DNA of 64,000 nt from Obrimoposthia wandeli (Eukaryota): assembly GCA_977020255.1 (NCBI GenBank), contig CDROCS010000253.1, positions 1,116,001 through 1,180,000 on the forward strand. The letters run 5' to 3'. Below, piece by piece: positions 38,922 to 49,651 of this stretch (within the stretch, counting starts at the first letter, position 1; each line of letters starts with the position of its first letter). The position numbers and the translations under genes are program-made. A model generated the notes under the pieces. That model made no database searches, had not been told where the DNA came from, and saw only the letters and a list, made by a program, of their open reading frames with translations.

Positions 38922-39707
38922 TTATTGCTGCCTTTCAACATCGGCAATGTTGGCATCCTGATAGCCATCCTTCAACGCTTGCCAGTTTTTTTCAGTAAAA
39001 TTGAACTGCTCCAGTTTATTTAATTCCTTTAAAAAAGAGCGCTGTAAACGTGCCATATTGGCTTGCTTCCAGTTAGTCTCAACGGGGCTAGTACGTAATT
39101 CACCACGGTCAAAGTCGATTAAAAATACCTGCTCTTTATCATCGAGTAAAATATTATGGCTATTTAAATCATGGTGATAAATACCATGATAATGAAAGCG
39201 TTTAATAGTGGTGCCAATGCGCTGCCATACATCATCAGCTAACGCTTTTTCACTTAATATCGCCACTAAATCTTGGGCGTGTTGAATGCGGCTGGAAAGC
39301 AGATCAGCTTTGTAGACCAAGCCTTGTTGAATAACGCGATAAGCGATAGGCTCAGGTGCAGGAAGTTGTAGCGTTTTCATATGACGCAATAGCGCAAACT
39401 CACACGCTGCACGGGTACTTTCTAAGTCACTAAACCAGTAGGAATCTTTATTGATTTTACCCATTAAACCACCGCGGTAATAATGGCGTAATACCCAATC
39501 GTGCTGAATGTTATTGTTATCACTATAGGCGACAAACCAAGTGGTGCCACGTCCTTGCGCTGAGCCAGTGACGGCATTTTTTTGTTGCCAATAACTTGGG
39601 TTAAGCATCTCTGCACTGAAATCAGTAATGAGTGTTTTATTGAAAAAACAAGCGACTTTACCTTGTTCAAGCTTAGAATACTTTGCGCTGATTGTTGCTT
39701 GACTCAT
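38922..39707 (-). CDS. kdkA: 3-deoxy-D-manno-octulosonic acid kinase
   Basis: GRGTTWF, LRHYYRGG, HHDLNSHNIL, IDFDRG, NMARLQRS motifs. Confidence 0.95.
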   Translation of the reverse strand: MSQATISAKYSKLEQGKVACFFNKTLITDFSAEMLNPSYWQQKNAVTGSAQGRGTTWFVAYSDNNNIQHDWVLRHYYRGGLMGKINKDSYWFSDLESTRAACEFALLRHMKTLQLPAPEPIAYRVIQQGLVYKADLLSSRIQHAQDLVAILSEKALADDVWQRIGTTIKRFHYHGIYHHDLNSHNILLDDKEQVFLIDFDRGELRTSPVETNWKQANMARLQRSFLKELNKLEQFNFTEKNWQALKDGYQDANIADVERQQ

Positions 39708-41071
39708 TAGTTATCTCCTACTGGCTTTGGCGTAGTGTCAGTATCAATAGTGTTACTATCAATAGGAATATTAGGCAGCAGCTTTATTACTTGAGCCAAG
39801 GTTTTTTCACTGGCTCCTTGGTTATCTAACACCACTTTTAACGCATTTTCGCCTAACGTTTTTTGTCGAGTTGGTTGTTGTAATAAGGCGCTAATTTCAT
39901 TGACAAGTTGCGTACTAGATTCATTAGCTGGCGTATTATTAGTCAGTTCAATAATGGCATCTTCTTCTCTGAGTTGCTGCATTATTTCGTTGAAGTTACT
40001 CATGTTGTGGCCAACGATGATGGGCTTATTAAATAATGCCGGCTCTAGCGGGTTATGACCACCTACTTCACTGAAACTACCACCCATAGTGACAATATCA
40101 CTTAAATCAAAGGCCGCCATTAATTCACCAAGGCTGTCGAGCAACCATACTTGCTCATCACTAATAACTGTATTTTCACTGCGCCTTGCTAATGATAAAT
40201 CGTGCTCAAGGCAAAGGTTGGCGACGTGCTCAAAACGTTCTGGATGGCGGGGTACTAATACTAATAACAATATTGGATATTGAGATAACAATGTTTTAAA
40301 GGCGGTTAAGGTAATTTCTTCATCGCCCTCGTGGGTACTGGCAACTAACCAAATGGTTCTTTTGGGTTGGTTATCATCAGCAAAAAGTAACTTGGCTAAC
40401 TCTGCCTTTTTATTGATAACTTGTTCATTTACACTGATATCGAATTTTAAGTTACCACTATTTACACAACGGCCTGCATGCGCACCGAGTTGTAAAAAAT
40501 GCGTTAAATTTTCTTGGCTTTGCGTGAGGATTTTATCAAAGCGATTTAAGCAGGGCTCAATAAGACGACTGACTTTTTGGTAGCTGGTTAAAGAGTTTTT
40601 TGATAAACGGCCATTAATTAATAACAACTTAACCTGCTGCTGAGTACATTGTGAAATTAAGTTAGGCCATAACTCGGTTTCCATGAAAATCATCATTTTA
40701 GGTTTTAGTCGGTGCAGGAATAATACCGTGCAGGGAAATATATCCAGTGGCAAATAACCATGCTGAACACGCTCACCAAATAGTTTGATTATTTGCGCAG
40801 AGCCAGTCGGCGTAAATGCAGTAATGGTGATGGGTAAATCTGGATAATTGAGTAATAACTTTTCGATAAAGCTTTTTAACGCAATAACTTCACCAACACT
40901 GGCAGCATGCACAACAATGCCACCCTGTTTATGGGGTTTAGGAAAGAAACCCAACCGTTCAAACAAACGTTGGCGGTAAGCTTTGTTATTTTTAGATCGC
41001 AGGATCAAGAAAGCAAGTATCAGCGGTAATAATAGCAAGAGTAAAATTCGGTAAATTAGCAAGGAAATCAT
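39707..41071 (-). CDS. waaA: Kdo transferase
   Basis: HAASVGE, ETELWPN, VPRHPERF, GGHNPLEPA motifs. Confidence 0.96.
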   Translation of the reverse strand: MISLLIYRILLLLLLPLILAFLILRSKNNKAYRQRLFERLGFFPKPHKQGGIVVHAASVGEVIALKSFIEKLLLNYPDLPITITAFTPTGSAQIIKLFGERVQHGYLPLDIFPCTVLFLHRLKPKMMIFMETELWPNLISQCTQQQVKLLLINGRLSKNSLTSYQKVSRLIEPCLNRFDKILTQSQENLTHFLQLGAHAGRCVNSGNLKFDISVNEQVINKKAELAKLLFADDNQPKRTIWLVASTHEGDEEITLTAFKTLLSQYPILLLVLVPRHPERFEHVANLCLEHDLSLARRSENTVISDEQVWLLDSLGELMAAFDLSDIVTMGGSFSEVGGHNPLEPALFNKPIIVGHNMSNFNEIMQQLREEDAIIELTNNTPANESSTQLVNEISALLQQPTRQKTLGENALKVVLDNQGASEKTLAQVIKLLPNIPIDSNTIDTDTTPKPVGDN

Positions 41072-41322
41072 ATCGGTGAATATTGCTCTATAATAAATTT
41101 ATCAGTAGATTATACCAAAGGCTTTCCAAATAAGCGTTAGCATTAGCTGAAAAAATCCGAGGAATCCATGGTGTTATTAACGGCAGAAATGACTTATGTC
41201 GATAAATATTTGGTTAATGATATTGCACTGTGGTTGAAATTTACTATAAATACCCCCTAAATGATCAGTCAATGAATGATCACCGCCTTTACGAGAGGAG
41301 TTTCAGTTGTTAAATGGTAGCA

Positions 41323-41781
41323 TTAACGCTCAAAAATGGTATCAAGAATAATAGCAGAGTTGGTTCTTTCTACTCCTTCAGTTGAACAGACCATATTGAG
41401 TACTTCACTGAGTTTTTCTAGCGTGCTGGCTTGTATGGTAACCAATAAATCATATTCGCCACTTATTGAATGGATATGACTTATTTGGTGAACTTTTCTT
41501 AAGGCGATACAAATGGTTTGTCGTAAGTTTGGCTTTACTTTTAACGAGACATTAGAAGAAATTAAGCCACTGGTATAGGCGCTGTCGAGTACAACGCTGT
41601 AGGCTTTAATCACATTATTATTTTCAAGCTTATTGAGTCGGTTTTGTATCGCTGTTCTAGAAACGCCAGTTGCTCTGGCGATATCTGAAACACTTGCTCT
41701 AGCATTTAGCTGTAATATTGACAGCAATTCCTCATCTTTTTCGGTTAACAAACTACACTCCTCATTAATCAATATATTCAT
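41323..41781 (-). CDS. Lrp/AsnC family transcriptional regulator
   Basis: LQLNARASVSDIA..GVSRT...R; ISGEYDLL. Confidence 0.92.
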   Translation of the reverse strand: MNILINEECSLLTEKDEELLSILQLNARASVSDIARATGVSRTAIQNRLNKLENNNVIKAYSVVLDSAYTSGLISSNVSLKVKPNLRQTICIALRKVHQISHIHSISGEYDLLVTIQASTLEKLSEVLNMVCSTEGVERTNSAIILDTIFER

Positions 41782-41803
41782 AATATAGCTGCTAACTTAC
41801 ACT

Positions 41804-41823
41804 TTGACATATCTATATGTCAA
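41804..41823. promoter_or_regulatory. Palindrome in the Lrp/kbl divergent region
   Basis: TTGACATAT-CT-ATATGTCAA. Confidence 0.5.
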
Positions 41824-41929
41824 TTTAACTATAAAAAAGGTCATATCATCAAGTAGTGTCACTTTATTATAGTACGCACTGAGTTGATAATATGATTATT
41901 AAACGATAATAATTATTTAAGGAATTCAC

Positions 41930-43138
41930 ATGACGGATACTACATCGACCAAAGGTTTTTACTCGCATTTAACAGCGCAAATAGAGCAAGTAAAAGAAGA
42001 CGGCTTATACAAGGCCGAGCGTATTATTACTACTGCTCAGCAAGCTAAAATAGCCGTTGCTAGTGGTGAACAGGTGGTTAATTTTTGTGCGAATAATTAT
42101 TTAGGTTTAGCAAATCATCCTGAATTGATTGCTGCGGCAAAAACAGGCTTAGATGAACATGGTTTTGGTATGGCTTCAGTACGCTTTATTTGTGGTACTC
42201 AAGATATTCATAAAACTTTAGAGCAAGGCATCAGCAAATTTTTAGGTATGGAAGATACCATTTTGTACTCTTCTTGTTTTGATGCTAATGCCGGTTTGTT
42301 TGAAACCTTATTAGGGCCGGAAGACGCGATTATTAGCGATGCGTTAAATCATGCCTCTATTATTGATGGCGTCCGTTTATGTAAAGCGAAACGCTTCCGT
42401 TATGCCAACAATGACATGGCTGCTTTAGAGCAAAGCTTAATTGAAGCTGATGCCGCTGGCGCTCGTTTCAAGTTAATTGCTACCGATGGCGTTTTCTCAA
42501 TGGACGGCGTTATTGCCAACTTAAAAGGCGTGTGTGATTTAGCCGATAAATATAATGCTATGGTAATGGTTGATGATTCACATGCGGTAGGCTTTGTTGG
42601 TGAACAAGGTCGTGGTAGCCATGAGTATTGTGAAGTGATGGGTCGTGTAGATATTATCACTGGTACTTTAGGTAAAGCCATGGGCGGCGCTTCAGGCGGC
42701 TTCACCGCAGCTAAAAAAGAAGTTGTTGAATGGTTACGTCAACGCTCTCGTCCTTACTTATTTTCTAATTCACTAGCACCAGCAATCGTTAACGCTTCAT
42801 TGAAGGTGCTTGAGTTATTAGCCGATGGTGGCGAGTTACGTAAAACCCTTAAAGATAATGCAGTCTATTTCCGTAATCGTATGGAAGCCGCTGGATTTAC
42901 TTGTGGCGGTGCAGACCACGCAATTATACCGGTAATGTTAGGTGATGCTAAAGTGGCAAGTGCTATGGCTGACCGTTTATTAGCAGAAGGCATTTATGTG
43001 ATTGGTTTCTCTTTTCCTGTAGTACCTAAAGGACAAGCGCGTATTCGTACACAAATTTCTGCCGCACACAGTAAAGCGCAGTTAGACCATGCGATTGATG
43101 CCTTTACCCGTATCGGTAAAGAAATGGCAGTTATTTAA
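41930..43138 (+). CDS. kbl: 2-amino-3-ketobutyrate CoA ligase
   Basis: [33 protein letters not shown] motifs. Confidence 0.98.
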   Translation: MTDTTSTKGFYSHLTAQIEQVKEDGLYKAERIITTAQQAKIAVASGEQVVNFCANNYLGLANHPELIAAAKTGLDEHGFGMASVRFICGTQDIHKTLEQGISKFLGMEDTILYSSCFDANAGLFETLLGPEDAIISDALNHASIIDGVRLCKAKRFRYANNDMAALEQSLIEADAAGARFKLIATDGVFSMDGVIANLKGVCDLADKYNAMVMVDDSHAVGFVGEQGRGSHEYCEVMGRVDIITGTLGKAMGGASGGFTAAKKEVVEWLRQRSRPYLFSNSLAPAIVNASLKVLELLADGGELRKTLKDNAVYFRNRMEAAGFTCGGADHAIIPVMLGDAKVASAMADRLLAEGIYVIGFSFPVVPKGQARIRTQISAAHSKAQLDHAIDAFTRIGKEMAVI

Positions 43139-43149
43139 CTCACCAGTAG

Positions 43150-43192
43150 TTGTATAGCCCAATCTATATTTACTCTATAGTGGGCTATACAA
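43150..43192. other. Intercistronic hairpin between kbl and tdh
   Basis: TTGTATAGCCCA / TGGGCTATACAA 12-bp stem, no T-tract. Confidence 0.5.
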
Positions 43193-43231
43193 GCTTCACT
43201 TCGTTGAAAATTTAAAAGACAGAGAACGATA

Positions 43232-44257
43232 ATGAAATCATTAGCTAAATTAAAAGCCGAATCCGGCATCTGGTTAACCCGTACTGAGAAACCAAAACCA
43301 GGCCATAACGATCTGCTGATAAAAATTAACAAAACTGCAATCTGTGGGACAGATATTCATATTTACAACTGGGATGAATGGGCACAAAAAACCATTCCAG
43401 TACCCATGGTTGTCGGTCATGAATACGCAGGTGAAGTTGTTGGTATTGGCCAAGAAGTCAAAGGCTTTAGCTTAGGTGACCGTGTTTCAGGTGAAGGACA
43501 TATTACTTGTGGCCATTGTCGTAATTGCCGAGGTGGTCGAACTCACTTATGTCGTAATACCGTTGGTGTTGGCGTTAACCGTGCGGGCTCATTTGCGGAA
43601 TATCTGGTGATACCTGCTTACAATGCTTTTAAACTACCTGACGAAATTTCTGATGATTTAGCGGCCATTTTTGACCCTTTTGGTAATGCAGTTCATACCG
43701 CATTATCATTTGATTTGGTTGGTGAAGATGTATTAATCACCGGTGCTGGTCCTATTGGTATTATGGCTGCAGCAGTAGCAAAACATGTAGGTGCTCGTCA
43801 TGTGGTTATTACCGATATTAATGAATACCGTCTAGATCTTGCACGTAAAATGGGTGCAACCCGCGCTGTTGATGTTAGTAAAGAAAACCTTGCTGATGTT
43901 ATGACAGAATTGGGTATGACAGAGGGATTTGATGTTGGTATGGAAATGTCAGGAGTTCCAATGGCATTTACTAGTATGTTAGAAAATATGAATAATGGCG
44001 GAAAAATTGCCATGCTGGGTATTCCTGGTAGCGATATGGCCATTGATTGGAGCCAAGTTATTTTTAAAGGGCTTACCATCAAAGGTATTTATGGTCGTGA
44101 AATGTTTGAAACTTGGTATAAAATGGCCAGTTTGATTCAATCTGGCCTAGATCTCACGCCAATCATTACCCACCATTACCCTATCGATGACTTTCAGCAA
44201 GGTTTTGATATGATGCGCTCTGGTCAATCTGGCAAGGTCATTTTAGATTGGACCTAA
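43232..44257 (+). CDS. tdh: L-threonine 3-dehydrogenase
   Basis: ICGTD, GHE, CGHCRNC...C, GAGPIG motifs. Confidence 0.98.
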   Translation: MKSLAKLKAESGIWLTRTEKPKPGHNDLLIKINKTAICGTDIHIYNWDEWAQKTIPVPMVVGHEYAGEVVGIGQEVKGFSLGDRVSGEGHITCGHCRNCRGGRTHLCRNTVGVGVNRAGSFAEYLVIPAYNAFKLPDEISDDLAAIFDPFGNAVHTALSFDLVGEDVLITGAGPIGIMAAAVAKHVGARHVVITDINEYRLDLARKMGATRAVDVSKENLADVMTELGMTEGFDVGMEMSGVPMAFTSMLENMNNGGKIAMLGIPGSDMAIDWSQVIFKGLTIKGIYGREMFETWYKMASLIQSGLDLTPIITHHYPIDDFQQGFDMMRSGQSGKVILDWT

Positions 44258-44408
44258 ATTCGTTATACTAATTTTTAGAAATGTGATTTATTGATACTAC
44301 CGACTAACGTTATAGAAAGTAGTAAATAGATTGCGTTTCGATTAATATCTGAGATAACGAATTCACTGCCATAAAGGCAGTGATTAAAAATTAAATGAGG
44401 AATATATC

Positions 44409-44735
44409 GTGTCAGAGAATAGTTTTAAGCATATGTCAGTCAGTGATTTACAAAACGTTATGGCAAATAAATCACATGTTGTGGTCGATATTCGAGATGC
44501 CAATTCTTTTGCCAATGGTCGTATCGTGGAAGCTATTAATTTAACTAACGAATCATTACCTGATTTTTTACGTGAAGCTGATCTTGATGCTCCTGTAGTT
44601 GTTTGTTGTTATCACGGGATCTCCAGTCAACAAGCCGCAGAATTTTTAATAAGCCAAGATTTTACCGACGTCTACTCTCTTGACGGTGGTTTTACTCAAT
44701 GGCAAACACAATTTCCTGACAATATAGAGCGATAA
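44409..44735 (+). CDS. glpE: Thiosulfate sulfurtransferase
   Basis: VVDIRD, CYHGISS, YSLDGGF motifs. Confidence 0.93.
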   Translation: MSENSFKHMSVSDLQNVMANKSHVVVDIRDANSFANGRIVEAINLTNESLPDFLREADLDAPVVVCCYHGISSQQAAEFLISQDFTDVYSLDGGFTQWQTQFPDNIER

Positions 44736-44740
44736 TTAGC

Positions 44741-45631
44741 ATGACAAGTGAGTCTGCTGAGAATATGGATACGTTACAGCCACTGGTTCAACTTAAAGAT
44801 CATAATATTGCCCTATTATTCAGTAATTATTTACAATCTTTAGGTATCCAAGCGCAGCTTAAAGCAAGCCAAGAAGAAGGCCATGTAATTTATTGTCCGC
44901 AAGATAAAATATCACAGGCAAAAGTAGAGTTTGATGCTTTCATTTTAAAGCCCTATGATGATAAATATCAGCAAGCAGCATGGGATAGAGGTGAAACCGT
45001 CACCTTAAATGCAGATGAATTCGGTTTACTAAACAGTTTTAAAGACAGCTTTTTAGCACATGCTGGCATTGTTACTTTACTGGTTTTCGCTCTTTGTTGG
45101 CTAGTTTTTCTCGGTAGTGAACTTGGTTGGGCGCAAAATATTTTTAATACCCTGCAGTTCTATCCACAATTATCAATTGATGCATTATTCGCTGAACCGA
45201 TCCGTTTGATTGGCCCAGCATTTTTTCACTTCTCTTGGCTGCATATTGTCTTTAACACCATGTGGTGGTGGCAATTGGGTGGCAGTGTTGAAAAAACGTT
45301 AGGTAAAGCAACACTCATTAATCTATTGCTGCTCTCTGCAATTGTTTCCAATGTTGGGCAATATTTAGTGTCAGGTTCAAATTTTGGTGGTTTATCGGGT
45401 GTAGTGTATGCGCTGGTAGGCTTTGTTTGGTGGTTTGGTTATTTAGCGCCAGAGCGAGGTTTGTCGCTTGCTAAGCCATTAGTTGGCTTTTTATTGTTCT
45501 GGCTTGTATTGGGCTTTGCTGATTTATTACCGGTTAATGTGGCTAACACGGCACATTTACTTGGTTTATTATCAGGTTGTTTACTTGCCGTGTTTACCGT
45601 AAAAGTGATTGGACTAAACGGTAAAAAATAA
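44741..45631 (+). CDS. glpG: Rhomboid protease
   Basis: HFSWLHIVFN, FGGLSGVVY, ANTAH motifs. Confidence 0.95.
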   Translation: MTSESAENMDTLQPLVQLKDHNIALLFSNYLQSLGIQAQLKASQEEGHVIYCPQDKISQAKVEFDAFILKPYDDKYQQAAWDRGETVTLNADEFGLLNSFKDSFLAHAGIVTLLVFALCWLVFLGSELGWAQNIFNTLQFYPQLSIDALFAEPIRLIGPAFFHFSWLHIVFNTMWWWQLGGSVEKTLGKATLINLLLLSAIVSNVGQYLVSGSNFGGLSGVVYALVGFVWWFGYLAPERGLSLAKPLVGFLLFWLVLGFADLLPVNVANTAHLLGLLSGCLLAVFTVKVIGLNGKK

Positions 45632-45672
45632 TCTAAAAGTAATAGTAATAAGTTTTTGTGATCAGAAGCTTG

Positions 45673-46104
45673 TTAGTTATCTAACCACTGGGTAAAAAGT
45701 AGTTTTTTGATCAGTGGTTGGCCGGTCTCTTTGGTTAACAATTCTTTTACCTGTTCTTCACACAGGAACTGAATCTCAGCACGACCCTTTATTGACTTCA
45801 CTTTACCTTCCGGTTGCTGACCAATGATATTAATAATAGCATCACGCAATAAAGGCGAGTGATGTTCAACTATGGTTAAGTTATTGCCTTCAACCATCAA
45901 TTCAACGGTTAAACGTACATAGCCCATCTTCTTTTTTACAGCGACATAATTGGTGACAATATCAGGTTCAAAGCCAAAGTAGGCATAATCACTCGCTTTT
46001 GCCTGAGAAACACTTGCAGTTAACGTAAGTAAAAAGGAAAAGAAAAATAGGTATTTAAACATAAAATAATAGTCGACAGGGGCGATTGAACTTACCCTTA
46101 TCAT
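45673..46104 (-). CDS. FliL-like protein (stand-alone)
   Basis: EPDIVTNY, HHSPLLRDAII, LFT motifs. Confidence 0.85.
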   Translation of the reverse strand: MIRVSSIAPVDYYFMFKYLFFFSFLLTLTASVSQAKASDYAYFGFEPDIVTNYVAVKKKMGYVRLTVELMVEGNNLTIVEHHSPLLRDAIINIIGQQPEGKVKSIKGRAEIQFLCEEQVKELLTKETGQPLIKKLLFTQWLDN

Positions 46105-46245
46105 AACCCGATTTTAGTTTTTTACCTGATTATTTTTGATAAAATTAATATTTTTCTACTCGCGTGATTGAGATAAATGAGTTTACTGTTTAGGTCTGTT
46201 ACTATGGCGACGATTTTACATCCTATTATTCTTTGAAGTAGTTTT

Positions 46246-46863
46246 ATGAAGCAGCCAATAGTGAACTTTCCAACCTTTCCTATAACCTTGACGGGCCAAT
46301 GGCAGTCACCTAGCGCGGAGATCTTCTCATCATTATCTGCGCCACTTAAAAATTGGTTGCTTGATGAAGGCTCACTGACGGCTCGTTTAAAAAATCATTG
46401 TGACAACTTTCAGGTTAAGGTGATTGGAGAGCGACAACAACCTTGTTCAGCGGCAGAGGCTTGTGATCTGATTAAAGTTGGTGAGCCCATTTTAGTGCGT
46501 GAAGTCATTTTATATTGTGATAATGTTGCTCAAGTTTTTGCAAGAAGTTTATTACCCCTAGCTAGTTTAACGGGCAAAGAACAAGTGCTTGCTAATTTAG
46601 GAGAGCAACCGCTAGGGCAAGTACTATTTAATAACCCATCATTGCAACGTCTTCGATTAGAGTTATCTTCTTTTGCAAGTGACTCTAGTGTGGTGAAGTT
46701 GGCAACTAAATTAGCAGCTAAGCACTCGAGTAATAGCTCAGCTGTAAAGGCATCAGTAATAGCCAAGCAAGAGCTTTGGGGACGGCGCTCTATATTCATG
46801 TTGGATAACAAACCATTGATGGTAGCTGAGGTTTTTCTACCGGATGCTTTTGCTTATCAATAG
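46246..46863 (+). CDS. ubiC: Chorismate pyruvate-lyase
   Basis: [39 protein letters not shown] motifs. Confidence 0.93.
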   Translation: MKQPIVNFPTFPITLTGQWQSPSAEIFSSLSAPLKNWLLDEGSLTARLKNHCDNFQVKVIGERQQPCSAAEACDLIKVGEPILVREVILYCDNVAQVFARSLLPLASLTGKEQVLANLGEQPLGQVLFNNPSLQRLRLELSSFASDSSVVKLATKLAAKHSSNSSAVKASVIAKQELWGRRSIFMLDNKPLMVAEVFLPDAFAYQ

Positions 46864-46950
46864 TCAACAGTTGCTAAAATAATAGACAAAGAAAGACTTA
46901 AAATAAAAATTTAACGTCACTATAAAAGTAATTATAAAAGAAACATAGAC

Positions 46951-47814
46951 ATGCTGAAAACACTTCAACAAAAATGGTTAGCGATTAAATTAATTACTCG
47001 TATGGATAAACCTATCGGTACTTATCTTTTATTATGGCCAACGTATTGGGCATTATGGATTGCGAGCGATGGTTGGCCGAATATGCACCTATTGTTGGTT
47101 TTTAGTTTAGGTGTTTTTGTCATGCGCAGTGCCGGTTGTGTGATAAATGACTATGCGGACAGAAAAATAGATGGCGAGGTGGAGCGCACCAAGAACAGAC
47201 CGCTTGTTAATGGCATGATGACTTCTAGCGAAGCCATCAGCTTGTTCGGTGTTTTAATTGGTATGGCATTTGCTTTGGTGCTCATGCTTAGTTGGTCAAC
47301 TATTTACCTCTCTGTTGTTGCGGTATTTCTAGCGGCGATTTACCCCTTTATGAAGCGCCATACTCAGTTGCCACAACTATTTTTAGGGGCTGCTTTTAGT
47401 TGGGGCATGATAATGGCATTCTCAGAAGCACAAGGTGAGATACCTTTAGTAGCTTGGTTGCTGTTTGCAGCTAACTTATGTTGGACGGTTGCTTACGATA
47501 CCATGTACGCCATGGTTGATAGAGAGGATGATATTAAAATCGGGGTGAAATCTACCGCTATTTTATTCGCTGAAAATGATAAGCGTGTTATCGGATTTTT
47601 ACAGTTAATGACCTTGGCATTACTATGGACAGTCGGTGATATTTTAGCGTTTGGTTGGCCGTATCAACTTTGCCTTATTGTGGCTGCGGGCTTATTTAGC
47701 TATCAACAGTTATTGATTGTTAATAGAGAACGGGACGCTTGCTTTCAGGCATTTTTACATAATCACTGGGTTGGTTTAATTGTCTTTGTTGGTATTGCAA
47801 TTGAGTACTTATAG
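46951..47814 (+). CDS. ubiA: 4-hydroxybenzoate octaprenyltransferase
   Basis: RMDKPIG, GCVINDYADRKID, YDTMYAMVDREDD motifs. Confidence 0.97.
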   Translation: MLKTLQQKWLAIKLITRMDKPIGTYLLLWPTYWALWIASDGWPNMHLLLVFSLGVFVMRSAGCVINDYADRKIDGEVERTKNRPLVNGMMTSSEAISLFGVLIGMAFALVLMLSWSTIYLSVVAVFLAAIYPFMKRHTQLPQLFLGAAFSWGMIMAFSEAQGEIPLVAWLLFAANLCWTVAYDTMYAMVDREDDIKIGVKSTAILFAENDKRVIGFLQLMTLALLWTVGDILAFGWPYQLCLIVAAGLFSYQQLLIVNRERDACFQAFLHNHWVGLIVFVGIAIEYL

Positions 47815-47826
47815 CGCTCAATTTCA

Positions 47827-49638
47827 TTAGTTCAACAGTTGGACAAACTCATCAAAGGGTAGCGGACCGCTAAAATAGAAGCCTTGGTAATGATAACAAC
47901 CAAGATCTTTTAAACAGTTAAGTTCGTCCTGTGTTTCAACGCCTTCTGCTAGTATATCCATATTAAGGGTTTTTCCTAAACTGATAATCATACTGGCAAT
48001 GGCCGCACTCTCACTACTTTTGGCTATGTTAGCTACAAATGAGCGATCTATTTTTAATACGCTCGCGGGAATACGTTTTAAGTAAGTGAGGGAAGAGTAA
48101 CCCGTACCAAAATCATCAATAGCGCAATCAATAGACATTTCTTTTAACGAGGCGATTAACTTGATTGAATCTTCAATGTTTTCTACCAAGAGATTTTCTG
48201 TTAACTCTAAGGCTAAACGGCTAGCAGGGATATCATTTAACTTAATAGCGCTCAGTACTTTCTCTTGAAAGTCATGCTGAATTAACTGCTTAGCACTGAT
48301 GTTAATCGCTATTTTATTAAAACTTTCTGGTAGCGCCAATTGCTCTAGTTTTTTAATGTCACGACATGCTTGCTCTAATACCCATTGACCAATGGCGAGA
48401 ATGAGATCGCTTTCTTCGGCAATAGGAATATAGGCCGCAGGTGACTCTATACCATGAACAGGGTGTTGCCAGCGTAACAATGCTTCAGCGCCAATCATGT
48501 CACCATACTGATTATATTGCGCTTGATAATATAATTTAAAATCACCTTGCTCTAACCCTTGCTTCATATCATCGACATAAGCCAAGCGTCTTTTTATTTT
48601 TTCAGACATGACACTTTGATATTGCTTACCTCGCTGACTTTTAACTCGTTTGGCTTCGTACATGGCAATATCGGCAAATTTAATAAGATTATTAACCGTA
48701 CTGCTTTGTAGTGGGAAAAGTGCATAACCAATACTACAAGTGAGTTTGTATGAATTAGTATTGATAACAAAAGGAATGGTAAGCAGTTGGTTAACTTTTT
48801 CAATGAGTTGCTTAATTGTTTCTTGATAATCTATTTTGAGGTTTTTTAGCAGAATAATAAACTGATCCCCGCCAAAGCGACCAATATCTATATGTTTACT
48901 GCTTAATGAATGCAGTCTATTGGCTAAAGTGAGTAGTATTTTATCGCCGACAGTATGGCCCATCGCATCATTTATTGGTTTGAAGCGGTTTAGGTCGATA
49001 AAAACAACACCACCAATTTTTTTGTTATCGTGAGCATCTTTTACAGCATGGCCCAGTATATGATTTATATGTTGGCGATTAAACAAACCGGTTAAGCCGT
49101 CGTGCTGTGCTTGGAAGGTAACTTTTTCTTCAATGAGCTGCCTAGAGTGCACTTCTTTAACGAGGGAGTCATGGACTAGTGATGTGTAGCAACTCGTGGC
49201 TAATTTATGCAAAATTGGTTGTAGCGCTCTTTGTACTTCATTGGTTAAAGCATAGTGAGTTTCAAAGATGAGCAAGCCATGCTCGGGGATAATAAAACCA
49301 AATAAATATTGTCCATTTTCACATTGAAAAGAAATACTTTTTTGGGCGTTGTTAAGCTGTCGTGTAAAGTTTGTCAGTATGGCGTTTTCTGACCAGGGTT
49401 GACCCTGCTTATTTTTTGGAATACTTAAAAAATGTTGATAACTTATGCCTTCAAATGATAATAACTTGCTAGGCATACCAGTATGATCACAATAGATGTA
49501 GATATGTGCACTCGTTAAATCAAGGCGATTAAAGCATACCTTTAAGAAAACTCTTAACATGGCCTTTAAGTCAAGCTTATTGCCAATAGCCATGGCAAGT
49601 TCATGTTGTAGTGAAATAAGAAACAGTGCTTTATTCAT
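47827..49638 (-). CDS. GGDEF-EAL protein (degenerate GGDQF; EAL intact)
   Basis: RFGGDQF; EALLRW, IDDFGTGYSS, AEGVET. Confidence 0.9.
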   Translation of the reverse strand: MNKALFLISLQHELAMAIGNKLDLKAMLRVFLKVCFNRLDLTSAHIYIYCDHTGMPSKLLSFEGISYQHFLSIPKNKQGQPWSENAILTNFTRQLNNAQKSISFQCENGQYLFGFIIPEHGLLIFETHYALTNEVQRALQPILHKLATSCYTSLVHDSLVKEVHSRQLIEEKVTFQAQHDGLTGLFNRQHINHILGHAVKDAHDNKKIGGVVFIDLNRFKPINDAMGHTVGDKILLTLANRLHSLSSKHIDIGRFGGDQFIILLKNLKIDYQETIKQLIEKVNQLLTIPFVINTNSYKLTCSIGYALFPLQSSTVNNLIKFADIAMYEAKRVKSQRGKQYQSVMSEKIKRRLAYVDDMKQGLEQGDFKLYYQAQYNQYGDMIGAEALLRWQHPVHGIESPAAYIPIAEESDLILAIGQWVLEQACRDIKKLEQLALPESFNKIAINISAKQLIQHDFQEKVLSAIKLNDIPASRLALELTENLLVENIEDSIKLIASLKEMSIDCAIDDFGTGYSSLTYLKRIPASVLKIDRSFVANIAKSSESAAIASMIISLGKTLNMDILAEGVETQDELNCLKDLGCYHYQGFYFSGPLPFDEFVQLLN

Positions 49639-49651
49639 ACCTGCCTAGTTG

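Noticed and set aside
41109-41125. TATACCAAAGG upstream of waaA as a MITE end
   Set aside because: No partner terminus or internal similarity; better explained as an ordinary extended -10 (TGGTATAAT).
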